Shown here in pieces: positions 1 to 8,391 of a stretch of DNA of 58,313 nt. Origin of the DNA: Candidatus Binatia bacterium. GTDB lineage: Bacteria > Desulfobacterota > Binatia > UBA9968. Made by a program: the position numbers and the translations under genes. The notes under the pieces are model-generated. The model ran no database searches. It saw only the letters and a list, made by a program, of their open reading frames with translations, and was not told the origin of the DNA. Within the stretch, counting starts at the first letter, position 1. Every line of letters begins with the position of its first letter. The stretch is from positions 1-58,313 of the forward strand of contig JBGPIK010000002.1 of assembly GCA_041484845.1 (NCBI GenBank), written 5' to 3'.

Positions 1-1116
1 CGCCAGAGCCTGGTTGCCGTCGATGCGCTTGCGGCAGGCCGCGGTGAGCGCCGGGATCGTGAGCACGCTGTCGCCCAGCACGCGGTGGTCCCAGTTGTGG
101 TGCTTATTGTAATCGGTCGCCCACTTGCTGATTTCGATATCGGCCAAACCGATGTCGATCCATTTGCAATCCGGCGTCGTCACCACCGTAATTTCCCGGG
201 TCTGGGTGTTAAGTTTGTGCGAGCCGCGGGTCCAATCGACTACGTCCAGCGCGGCAACCAGATCGACGCCTTTGAAAGCATCGTTATGAAAGCTCACGCT
301 CAACGGATGACGATTGGGAAAGCCGAGGCGCTTGTTAATATCGAAAACCGAAGCGCCGACAGCCTCAGCAAGTTCTACCGTGGGTTCAAATCCAATCGGC
401 ATACGCGCGGCATATTCAGTCAGCAGGAGCGGATTGTCCGCAGCGAGCAACATATCGGCAGCCTTTTCAATCGCCTCTCGCTCGGGCGCGATGCGTGAGG
501 GAACTTTGACGGTAAAATTCGGCACGGGCACGTCTTCTGTTAACGGCGCTTCCTGCATCGCCGAGTCGTAGACCATGTAGATCGGTCCCTGCGGCTCGCT
601 CATCATGATCGAGTAGGCGCGCGCAAAGGAATCCGGTACGCCGTGGATGCTGCCCGGTTGATAATCCCACTTGGTAAAGCCGCGGACGACATCGCCTTGG
701 GCGAAGGCGGTATGAATCCAATCGATAAAAGGGCGGCGTAGCTTCTCGTCCATCGGCCCGGTGGCGCCAATGATAAAGACCGGGGAACGGTCGATATAGG
801 CGTAGTAGATTCCCATGGGCGCGTGCAGGAGTCCGACGACGTTATGCACAATCGCAATCATGGGCTTGCCGCTGGCCTTCGCGTATCCATGCGCGATTTG
901 CACCGCGATCTTTTCATGGTTGCAGAGCAGCATCGGCGGATTGTTCTCGCCGTAATTGACCAGTGAATCGTGCAGCCCACGGTAGCTGGCGCCCGGGTTG
1001 AGCGCAATATACGGAAACCCGTATTGTTTGATCAGATCGACGATCACGTCCGATTGCCATCGCTGATGGGATTTTTTGATGCTGCTATTGTCTTCCTTCT
1101 TTGCTAAATCACTCAT
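1..1116 (-). CDS. Thiamine-pyrophosphate-dependent enzyme (acetolactate-synthase-large-subunit-like); the C-terminal part lies beyond the window start
   Basis: Absent from the ORF track because it has no stop inside the window. Manual minus-strand translation from ATG 1116-1114 (SD AGGAGG at 1130-1125) gives 372 uninterrupted codons. The sequence MSDLAKKEDNSS...VIVDLIKQYGFPYIALNPGASYRGLHDSL...IAIVHNVVGLLHAPMGIYYAYIDRSPVFIIGATGP fits the N-terminal Pyr and central domains of TPP enzymes. Confidence 0.8.
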   Translation of the reverse strand, partial: MSDLAKKEDNSSIKKSHQRWQSDVIVDLIKQYGFPYIALNPGASYRGLHDSLVNYGENNPPMLLCNHEKIAVQIAHGYAKASGKPMIAIVHNVVGLLHAPMGIYYAYIDRSPVFIIGATGPMDEKLRRPFIDWIHTAFAQGDVVRGFTKWDYQPGSIHGVPDSFARAYSIMMSEPQGPIYMVYDSAMQEAPLTEDVPVPNFTVKVPSRIAPEREAIEKAADMLLAADNPLLLTEYAARMPIGFEPTVELAEAVGASVFDINKRLGFPNRHPLSVSFHNDAFKGVDLVAALDVVDWTRGSHKLNTQTREITVVTTPDCKWIDIGLADIEISKWATDYNKHHNWDHRVLGDSVLTIPALTAACRKRIDGNQALA

Positions 1117-1509
1117 GCATGACTCCTCCTTGCTTGATGACCATACCGGCTGAGGGACAGGCGGGTTTGTCGTCGCCGATAAACCGGAACAGGCGCTAAT
1201 CCCTACCCGGTCTTCTTATCCCAGAATACATCTGTAGTCACGTGCATCGGCTTAGCGAAAAATTCGTTGTTGTCAGGGCAGGGATGATTCCGCCAAGGAC
1301 CGCTGCGTGGCTCAAGGGCTCAGGGCCGGAGCGTAACAATGAAAATTGAGCATAACGCAACGGCTATGACGCAACATTCGGAATCAATATGGGACGAAAA
1401 AAACGGCAGCCGGGCGGGTCCGGCAATCGCAGCGGCGGCGATAACTGAAGCCGTTCAAGCGCAAGCAACTCAGCCGGGTTCAAGTTTTGCGGCCATAGGT
1501 TCGCGCTAA

Positions 1510-2949
1510 TCATTGCCACGCATCATTGATCAGTTCCATCAGCTTTGCCGCATCACCCAAGTGAGGCACCGACCACGCGGCCTCGATCAACAGCGATTGT
1601 CTCTTATCATCCAACACGCCTTCGCAGCAGGAGCGCACCTTGGCTTGGAGATCGGCGTCGCTCAGCGGGTTCTCCGGTCCGCCCCGATAGCGCTCATCCG
1701 CCCAGCCTTCGACGGTGCGGCCGTCTTTCAATAGAATGACGATGCGCGAGCGCATTTTGTCAAAACCCATGCTTTCGATCTCCGGATCAAACTCAGTCGA
1801 AATGCGCCGCTGCATAGCTTGCATAGCAGGGGAACCCACGAACGCGTCGGAGAACTCGCGTTTGCCGGCTTTGCGCGCGAGCGCGATCATGGCAAGCGCC
1901 GCGGGTAGCGAAAACTTTGCTTGCAGATGATTGGCGGCGATGGGATAGCGAATCGGGTTGAGAATGTTCGAGCCCGCATACACTTTAACTGCTTCAATTT
2001 CATCCGGCTTCACGCGATGCTCGATCACGAGTTTCAGCATCAAGTCGATGGTCGGATGCGTCAGCACGCCGCACGGATACGGTTTGATCGACACGCCCGG
2101 CTCGACGATGCTCCACGTTTTACCGAAGCCCTGGGAAACTTTATCGGCGCTGACGCCGCCGCCGTGCACGGCATAGAAACCCCAAGGACCATCCAATGCA
2201 TTTGGGTCCGCAGTGAAGCCCCGCGCGGCCAACAGCGCCGCGGTAACGCCATTTTCCGCCGCGCGGCCAACATGGAGCGGCTTAGTCATCGTGCCGAAGT
2301 TGCAGCGAATGCCGGCGGCCAAACTGGCGGCGATGCCGAAACCGCTACGCAGATTGTCGCCCTTCAAAGCCAGCAGCTTCGCGGCAGTTGCATAGGCGCC
2401 GAACGTTCCCACCGTGCCGCTCGAATGCATGCCGCGCAGGTAGTGCTGCGGCAGCATCCATTCGGAAATTTTGCACTCCACCTCAAAGCCGCTGAGAAAA
2501 GCGAGCATAAAAGTCTTGCCATCAACCCCGCCGAGTTTCTGAGCCATCACCAACGCGCTGGTGAGCGGTGGAATTGTCGGGTGAGTTAACAGCCCGTAGA
2601 CGTGAGCGGGATCGCGGCTTACCTGGCTGTCATCCCAATCATGGGCGTGGCCCGCCGTGCCAAGCACGCGGGCCGCCACGGGTGCCGGCACCTTCGCATT
2701 GCCGCCCCGCAACAAGAGCGCATCAGGGCGGCCACCCATCTCTGCCGCTTCGGCGACAAGCAGCTCTACGGAATGCTCTTCCGATCCCGCAACGAACAAG
2801 CCGAGTCCGTCGAGCAAACAGCGCGTGCCGATACGAATCGCCTCGGTGGGAAGCGCGTTGAAGCTTATCCGTTCAATGAATTCGGCGGCGACAGCCGTTG
2901 TTTGTAATTTGTGCGGAATGTTTGCATGGGCGTTTAAATCAGTCGTCAT
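1510..2949 (-). CDS. MmgE/PrpD-family protein (2-methylcitrate-dehydratase-like)
   Basis: The track ORF is 492 aa. Length and sequence pattern (LLDGLGLFVAGSEEHSV, GTAGHAHDWDD, HSSGTVGTFGA) fit MmgE/PrpD. I trimmed the start to ATG 2949 (MTTDLNAH...), which follows SD GAGGTGG by a few nt. Confidence 0.8.
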   Translation of the reverse strand: MTTDLNAHANIPHKLQTTAVAAEFIERISFNALPTEAIRIGTRCLLDGLGLFVAGSEEHSVELLVAEAAEMGGRPDALLLRGGNAKVPAPVAARVLGTAGHAHDWDDSQVSRDPAHVYGLLTHPTIPPLTSALVMAQKLGGVDGKTFMLAFLSGFEVECKISEWMLPQHYLRGMHSSGTVGTFGAYATAAKLLALKGDNLRSGFGIAASLAAGIRCNFGTMTKPLHVGRAAENGVTAALLAARGFTADPNALDGPWGFYAVHGGGVSADKVSQGFGKTWSIVEPGVSIKPYPCGVLTHPTIDLMLKLVIEHRVKPDEIEAVKVYAGSNILNPIRYPIAANHLQAKFSLPAALAMIALARKAGKREFSDAFVGSPAMQAMQRRISTEFDPEIESMGFDKMRSRIVILLKDGRTVEGWADERYRGGPENPLSDADLQAKVRSCCEGVLDDKRQSLLIEAAWSVPHLGDAAKLMELINDAWQ

Positions 2950-3447
2950 GGTTCCACCTCGAATCACATTTGAATACTGGGAATACAATAAAGCATTTAC
3001 TCGAGGTTATAAGCTCGCGCAACGTGTAATCCTCACAGTTATCCGGTTGTTGCAGAGTGTCACGGACTCTAGGAGAGGGCATTGGGGAAAAGCTATCAAA
3101 CCGATCACTCAATCGCGCAAGAAAGAAGGTCCAAAGCGGGAGAGGATAGCCTCTTTGCTGTCTTACTCGGCCTCGGATACGGGTGTGCAATTCGAAACGT
3201 TAACGAGGGTGATGGGATGGTAGGCCATTAGAGCGGAGGCGTTTCGTTTGTCGATGTAATCCTGATTGTTCAAGCTGAATATTGACATAGTCCGTTCCAC
3301 GGCATGGAAGCGAGTGTCTTTGATCGAATCGCCGCTTGTTTAACAACGCATTAATGCTTGCGCGTTGCGGCGTAAATCGCGGTTGCCGTGCCGCCGGGTT
3401 ACGCGGCGCCGATCGTGACCGGGTTGCGACGAACACTTCCTGGCAAT

Positions 3448-3582
3448 TCATTGTCTCGCCATGCTCATGATGACCCCCTCGTTGGTGAACAGCCAACGTC
3501 GCAGCCAAATTTCAAGGGTGCTCGGCTGCTGTTGTTTAAGTGCCTGGAAGAACACATGCCACGGAATGACTGCAAATTTCAT
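3448..3582 (-). CDS. Hypothetical 44-aa ORF (MKFAVIPWHVFFQALKQQQPSTLEIWLRRWLFTNEGVIMSMARQ)
   Basis: Too short for the ORF track. ATG 3582 follows GGAG (3593-3590) by 7 nt, and the ORF starts 18 nt after the stop of the zinc-finger ORF upstream. No family recognised. Confidence 0.2.
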   Translation of the reverse strand: MKFAVIPWHVFFQALKQQQPSTLEIWLRRWLFTNEGVIMSMARQ

Positions 3583-3599
3583 TGTCTAACTCCGTTTGG

Positions 3600-3749
3600 T
3601 TAATGGATCTTCCTGTCGTGCGTCTCGAGATGCGCTTTCAGATAGCTCAAAGAATAGATTCGCGCGCCGCAACGTTTACAGATCGAAGCTCTTTGTTTGG
3701 TTGTTCGCACTGGCACCTTCTTGAACATTGTGGCAATCAGCATTTTCAT
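3600..3749 (-). CDS. Hypothetical 49-aa basic protein with classical C2H2 zinc-finger spacing
   Basis: Manual translation gives MKMLIATMFKKVPVRTTKQRASICKRCGARIYSLSYLKAHLETHDRKIH. The spacing is C-x2-C-x12-H-x3-H, with hydrophobic residues at the consensus core positions (I after x3, L before x2-H). SD AAGGAG lies 6 nt upstream of ATG 3749. Confidence 0.35.
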   Translation of the reverse strand: MKMLIATMFKKVPVRTTKQRASICKRCGARIYSLSYLKAHLETHDRKIH

Positions 3750-4090
3750 AATTCGCTCCTTGAAGTTATTTGCTGTTCCCGGGAAGGAGCAATGCTGGTG
3801 CCAAGTCCTTTAACGCGCCAAAAGAAGGAAAAAGTGCTGAAAATTCAGTTAGCTTAAAGCCGCCGTGCGCGGAGTCTTAAAACACAAACCCAGCACGACT
3901 TATCGACTAAGGTTGTGCTCAATTGCTCAAGTTTGTACATATTAACGACTCCGTTATCTCCAAATCGCTCAAAACTGCTCTTGTTTACTTCATATTCCGA
4001 TCACTCGAGTTTCGACTCTTTTCATGCCTTTCCGGAAAAAACGCGTTCTGTTATAGATTAGAAATAGGTTGAACATAGAAAGGGCCGGGT

Positions 4091-4237
4091 ATGGATAAGA
4101 TCAGCAGGCTGATTGATCTGGGATTGCGCTACGTTTTTGAACCGGGTCTTAATTGGGTGCTTGACCATCCGATTATTTCGTTGCTCGTCGTCGTCGGCCT
4201 GGTGTACTGGTCCGCGCGCGGATACAGGATGCTGTGA
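4091..4237 (+). CDS. Hypothetical 48-aa single-TM peptide (MDKISRLIDLGLRYVFEPGLNWVLDHPIISLLVVVGLVYWSARGYRML)
   Basis: Short ORF found by manual reading. It has one clear hydrophobic helix, only a weak SD-like AAGGG upstream, and no recognised family. Confidence 0.2.
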   Translation: MDKISRLIDLGLRYVFEPGLNWVLDHPIISLLVVVGLVYWSARGYRML

Positions 4238-4356
4238 TCCTTAGAGCGTCCTGCGCTCCATCGGGAAGCATCATACACGTAACGCCGTTGTTTGCCTTGA
4301 ATCGTATCTCGTAGTGGAAGCAAGCCATGTGGATAATGCTAAGAAGGAGTTGAGCT

Positions 4357-5223
4357 ATGCCCCTAGTTGCTGCGCTGGCGGCGAGTCATGCGCCGAACAT
4401 TCTGCTAGAACCCGGTGCCGGGTGGGAAGATTTTATGAAGCTTCATTACAGCATGGCGCCGCGGGGTTCGGGTTCCAACCCCACTGTTGAGCAGCAGACT
4501 CAGTTGAGAAGAGACGCTGAGGCGGCGTTCTCTGTGCTGCGCGCCGACATGGAAGAGGCGAAGCCGGACGTGCTCATCGTCGTGGCGAACGATCAGTTCG
4601 TGAATTTTTTTTGGAATAACATTCCGACCTTCATGGTTACTCTTGCCGACGAAGTTAAGGGACAGTTCACTCACCACAAGTTTCATTATAAGAATCACAA
4701 GGAACTCGGACGCGCGATCGTGCGCGCCGGTATGGAGAAAGGCATTGATTTTTCCTTCGGCGAATATGTCGAGCTACAGCACACCCAAACGGTGCCGCTC
4801 TATTTTATTTTGCGCGAGCCGCGAATTCCAATTCTGCCCATTTACGTGAACACCTGGGTTGATCCGGCGCCGACGCCGCGCCGTTGTTACCAAGTCGGAG
4901 AATTGCTCCGAACGGTCGCGGATAACGCGCGCGAACGCATCGCTGTGCTGGGTACCGGCGGCCTCTCTCATTATCCCGGTTCGCCGCGGATCGGTGAAAT
5001 CGACACGCGATTCGATCACCAGCTGCTGCAAGTCATGCGTGCGGGCAAAGGACGCAGCTTGACAGAGTATTCGGTTGAAGATCTTCTCGAAGCGGGGAAT
5101 ACCGAGTTTCTCAACTGGATGGTCGTCCTGGGCGCCGTGGGCGAGGCCAGAGCATCTTACACATCTTACATGCCGGACTTGGTCGCCACGGGATGGGGAT
5201 TCGCGAGTTGGAAACTCGGCTAG
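4357..5223 (+). CDS. Class III extradiol ring-cleavage dioxygenase, LigB-type catalytic subunit
   Basis: 288 aa with SD AAGGAG. The motifs AASHAPNI near the N-terminus, VVANDQF and LGTGGLSHYPG are the usual metal-ligand and catalytic-His contexts of the LigB family. Confidence 0.8.
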   Translation: MPLVAALAASHAPNILLEPGAGWEDFMKLHYSMAPRGSGSNPTVEQQTQLRRDAEAAFSVLRADMEEAKPDVLIVVANDQFVNFFWNNIPTFMVTLADEVKGQFTHHKFHYKNHKELGRAIVRAGMEKGIDFSFGEYVELQHTQTVPLYFILREPRIPILPIYVNTWVDPAPTPRRCYQVGELLRTVADNARERIAVLGTGGLSHYPGSPRIGEIDTRFDHQLLQVMRAGKGRSLTEYSVEDLLEAGNTEFLNWMVVLGAVGEARASYTSYMPDLVATGWGFASWKLG

Positions 5224-5572
5224 TTCCGCCTCGACACTGCACTGTTTACAATCCGAGGGAGGAGCCGTTCGGTTGAGTTCATGACGAAGCCTGGAGGGAG
5301 TGGAGCCGCCTTGTGCATGAAAGAGCGAAGGGACAAGCTTTGCGGTAGCAGCCGATGGGCCTGTGGCTCCAACGCGCCCTCACCAGCCCCATGCGGGCTA
5401 ATTCCAATAGTCCGGGCCAGGCAGCACCTGCACCGTTCTACGTCTGCGACCTCCAGGCTTGCCCCTTCGCTCCGAGCATTGGACGAATCCGGGCTAGGGA
5501 GATTTGTCGCGATGCGAGTGGCACGAACTGGAAATTTTGATCTGGAAAATTGATGCCGCGCCGGAGGAGCTT

Positions 5573-5818
5573 ATGAGCTGCTATCATCTGAGCCGTTTTC
5601 TTTTCGATCTGAAGATGAATAACGAGTTCGTCCAAGAGGCGTCGACGGATCTCGACGCGGCCATGCGGGATTATGACTTGAGTGGTGAGGAGAGAGAGGC
5701 TCTGAGGTCCGGCGATCCGCGCAAACTGCGCCAGCTTGGCGTTCACGGCATGCTTTGTCTTTACGTCAAGCGTCTCAGTCCTGAATTTCGCGACAACATT
5801 TACTGGACGCAGAAGTAA
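5573..5818 (+). CDS. LigA-type small subunit of aromatic ring-opening dioxygenase
   Basis: I trimmed the track ORF (5504) to ATG 5573, which follows SD GGAGGAG. The 81-aa product MSCYHLSRFLFDLKMNNEF...LSGEEREALRSGDPRKLRQLGVHGML matches the LigA small-subunit pattern. Confidence 0.7.
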   Translation: MSCYHLSRFLFDLKMNNEFVQEASTDLDAAMRDYDLSGEEREALRSGDPRKLRQLGVHGMLCLYVKRLSPEFRDNIYWTQK

Positions 5819-5847
5819 GTTTTTCTCTGCCGTTAATTTCGACGAGG

Positions 5848-5876
5848 CATCGCGCGCACTGGGATGCGCGATGTTT
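5848..5876 (+). terminator. Candidate hairpin terminator after the LigA-type gene
   Basis: CATCGCGC (5848-5855) pairs perfectly with GCGCGATG (5866-5873) across a 10-nt loop, followed by TTT. The U-tract is short, so confidence is modest. Confidence 0.35.
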
Positions 5877-5980
5877 CGTGCGCCGTGTGTTGCAGTTTTA
5901 TAAATTTGTTAAACTGATTTTGACCCACGGTAGGGGGTCTGCTACTATCCGAAAAATCGCAAGCTTCAGGGGGAATTGGA

Positions 5981-6772
5981 ATGGATCTTAGTCTACGGGG
6001 CAAGGTAGCGTTAGTCGCCGGTGCGAGCCAGGGAATGGGACGGGCCGCCGCCTTGGGTTTCGCTCGCGAAGGCGCAAAGGTCGGGATCTGCGCGCGCGGG
6101 GAAGCGACGCTCAACGAAGCCGCCGAGATGATTCGCAAAGAGACCGGTGTGGAAGTGTTAGCGATGGCTGCGGACATGAGCAAAGCGGAAGACGTTCGGC
6201 GCTTCGTGAACGAAACGGCAGAGCAATTCGGTCGACTCGACGTCATCGTGAACAATGCCGGCGGCCCGCCGCCGGGTGAGTTCATGAACTTCACCGATGA
6301 GGACTGGCACAACGCTTTTGACTTGAGTTTCATGAGCACGATGCGCATGACTCGGGAGGCGGTGCCGCACATGCGCAAAGCGGGCGGAGGGCGCGTCATC
6401 AATATTACCTCTTATTCCGTCAAGGAGCCCATTGCCGGACTGGTCCTTTCTAACGCGATCCGCAGCGCCGTCATTGGACTAGCGAAGACCCTCTCACGCG
6501 AGCTTGCGCGGTATAACATTTTGGTCAATAACGTTTGCCCGGGCCGAATCGACACGGAACGGGCGCAAAAGCTTAATAAGGCGCGCGCCGAGCGATTGAA
6601 GAAACCGGTCGAGGAGATCAACAAAGAAATGGCGGCGGAAGTACCGTTGGGTCGCTACGGGACTGCGGAAGAAACCGCCGACCTGATTGTTTTTCTCGGC
6701 TCGGGGCGAGCGAGTTACATCACCGGCACGACGATTCAAATCGACGGCGGCTTAGTGCGGGGGATTCAATAA
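5981..6772 (+). CDS. Short-chain dehydrogenase/reductase (FabG-like), possibly atypical
   Basis: 263 aa with Rossmann motif VAGASQGMGRA and the NNAG motif. The usual YxxxK is not evident; SNAIRS sits where it is expected, which suggests an atypical SDR subgroup. Confidence 0.8.
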   Translation: MDLSLRGKVALVAGASQGMGRAAALGFAREGAKVGICARGEATLNEAAEMIRKETGVEVLAMAADMSKAEDVRRFVNETAEQFGRLDVIVNNAGGPPPGEFMNFTDEDWHNAFDLSFMSTMRMTREAVPHMRKAGGGRVINITSYSVKEPIAGLVLSNAIRSAVIGLAKTLSRELARYNILVNNVCPGRIDTERAQKLNKARAERLKKPVEEINKEMAAEVPLGRYGTAEETADLIVFLGSGRASYITGTTIQIDGGLVRGIQ

Positions 6773-7104
6773 TGGTACATTTCGTCATTCAGTGGGACCT
6801 GCCGGATCAAAAAGCAAATTTGACTGTCTATGCAAACAAAGCCAAAAATGATTGGCTGCCGACGACGCTTTCTTATCATGGCGTAATCGAGATTCGCAAT
6901 TACCGCAATCCGCTGGAAATTTCCCCGCACGTCGCGATCACCATTGATTTCGAAAGCCTGGACGATTGGCGCGCCTACATCGACTCGCAGGACTACATCC
7001 GGATCATGCGCGAGTTGCGCATTCTCGGGTGCCGCAGTTTCACCGCGAACGTTTGGGCGCCGTCGAAATATTTTCCGGAGTCAATGAGACCGGAGCCGAA
7101 ATAA
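6772..7104 (+). CDS. Hypothetical 110-aa protein, translationally coupled to the SDR gene
   Basis: Its start overlaps the SDR stop (TAATG). The size and alternating pattern suggest a small alpha/beta (dimeric alpha-beta-barrel-like) protein, but I recognised no family with confidence. Confidence 0.55.
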   Translation: MVHFVIQWDLPDQKANLTVYANKAKNDWLPTTLSYHGVIEIRNYRNPLEISPHVAITIDFESLDDWRAYIDSQDYIRIMRELRILGCRSFTANVWAPSKYFPESMRPEPK

Positions 7105-7149
7105 AGCGGCCGCGGCCGGCCCCGGCCGACGCGCCTCAGTTCTGCTTGC

Positions 7150-8391
7150 TTATGCCTGCGGTAGGTCTTCGTAGGACCAAATCCCCGTGAGACGTAGAAT
7201 GTAAATTCCTTGATTCTTGTGGCTGATATAAATGCAGCCGCGCCGGTCCACCAGAACATCTTCGGTCTGCGCGACCAGTTGGCTTGGTTTGGCGCCGATT
7301 CTCACTTTCGGATCAGGCGGGATGAAGTACGCCACCTCCTTCGGCATGCGCCCGTCGCGTATATCGTAGACCCTCAGGCCGGCGTTGAAGTAGGTGAGGT
7401 AGGCGATGTCGTCGCGATCCTCGAGGCAAGTCTGATGATTGGCGTGGTGTTGATTGTGCGGGCCGAAGCGGCCGCCTTTCTGATAAAAATTCCTTAGCCC
7501 GCTCTCCGCCGGCGGTTGGGGCAGAGGAAAAAGCGAGATCAGCCGGGGCTGGCTCTCATTGCTGATATCCACAATGCCCGCCATATTTAGATCTTCATCG
7601 CCGTTTTCGCGGATCGCTTCGTCGTTGATCAAGGCGAGATTACGCCGCGGCAAAGGCAGAAAAGTATGAATGCCCTGGGAGCTGGTAATGCCGCGAAAGG
7701 CAATTTGCCCAATCATCTGTGGATGCGCGAGGTCGGATAGATCGACAATAATACCGCCACCATCGCCATAGGAGAGATAAGCTCGTTTCCCTTCAACATG
7801 CGCGGGGCCGTGACAGGAAAGCTTAAGCCCGGTCTTCACCGCGCCGTGGGCCTGCTCCGGCAGATAGAAGCGTCCGACTTCGCGCGGGTTCGCGGCATCG
7901 GCAATGTTGACGATGCGATAAATCTTTCGATCAAAGCCGGGTGCGCCCGCCGCGGCATGCACCAAATCACCGCCGTCGTAAAAATTGCGATGGGTTCCGG
8001 TGCTGCCGGTGCGGAACTGACCGAGCAAACGGGGATTCGTCGGATGGGAGACATCCCAGATCGAAAATCCTTCGGCAAACGGTTTTCCTTCGACGCCGCC
8101 CCAACCCGGCGCGATGCGTTCAAGGCCGGTGATCATTTTATCTTCCGCGACCTGGATCTGAATCGTCCAAGTATTGTCCGGGCCGGGAATAAAGGCGACA
8201 AATTCCGGTGCCGCCGGGTCAGTCACGTCGAGAATACTCCAGCCGCGATGCCAGAGATGAGCCACGTAAAGATACCAGCGGCCATTGACCTCTTGCAGCG
8301 CCAGCTTGAACGCCGGTTTGCCGTTTAGGTCGTGGTAACCGAGCGGCTCGATATTTTGCACGAAATAACCTTCGGGAATGGGATGTCTCAT
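7150..8391 (-). CDS. Beta-propeller protein of the LVIVD-repeat type
   Basis: 413 aa with repeated segments ending in hydrophobic-D motifs (WSILDVTDPAAP, FSIWDVSHPTNP, GIIVDLSDLAHP, GIVDISNESQP, LRVYDIRD), as in LVIVD-repeat propellers. Confidence 0.6.
   Translation of the reverse strand: MRHPIPEGYFVQNIEPLGYHDLNGKPAFKLALQEVNGRWYLYVAHLWHRGWSILDVTDPAAPEFVAFIPGPDNTWTIQIQVAEDKMITGLERIAPGWGGVEGKPFAEGFSIWDVSHPTNPRLLGQFRTGSTGTHRNFYDGGDLVHAAAGAPGFDRKIYRIVNIADAANPREVGRFYLPEQAHGAVKTGLKLSCHGPAHVEGKRAYLSYGDGGGIIVDLSDLAHPQMIGQIAFRGITSSQGIHTFLPLPRRNLALINDEAIRENGDEDLNMAGIVDISNESQPRLISLFPLPQPPAESGLRNFYQKGGRFGPHNQHHANHQTCLEDRDDIAYLTYFNAGLRVYDIRDGRMPKEVAYFIPPDPKVRIGAKPSQLVAQTEDVLVDRRGCIYISHKNQGIYILRLTGIWSYEDLPQA

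Noticed and set aside
382-393. tRNA T-loop-like GGGTTCAAATCC
   Set aside because: The flanking bases cannot form a T-stem (GTGGG against CCAAT) or the other tRNA arms, and the site lies inside the TPP-enzyme coding frame.
85-571. Plus-strand ORFs of 137 aa and 85 aa at the left edge
   Set aside because: They lie opposite the open minus-strand TPP-enzyme reading frame (1-1116), which has an SD, an ATG and family motifs. The ORF track does not list that frame because it lacks an in-window stop.
1397-1424. Possible terminator after the PrpD-like gene (minus strand: GCCGG-N6-CCGGC, then 5 nt, then T7)
   Set aside because: The stem is only 5 bp and the T-run is separated from it by 5 nt, which is too weak to report as a feature.
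1921-2589. 222-aa plus-strand ORF, with several smaller ones at 1513-3223
   Set aside because: They are antisense to or overlap the MmgE/PrpD gene. Their Arg/Ala-rich products are typical of the complementary frame.
3712-3726. Sigma-54-like TGGCAC...TTGA
   Set aside because: The spacing is N4 rather than N5, the second element is TTGA rather than TTGC, it lies inside and antisense to the zinc-finger ORF, and no plus-strand gene follows for about 600 nt.
3781-3856. Plus-strand micro-ORF MLVPSPLTRQKKEKVLKIQLA after GAAGGAG
   Set aside because: Only about 2 nt separate the SD-like sequence from the ATG. The same sequence is better explained as the anti-SD arm of the hairpin in the minus-strand zinc-finger mRNA.
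5281-5553. 90-aa ORF in the LigB-LigA spacer
   Set aside because: The composition is Arg/Cys/Ser/Ala-rich, the SD-like GGGAGGAG is too far from the ATG (about 17 nt), and no motif is present.
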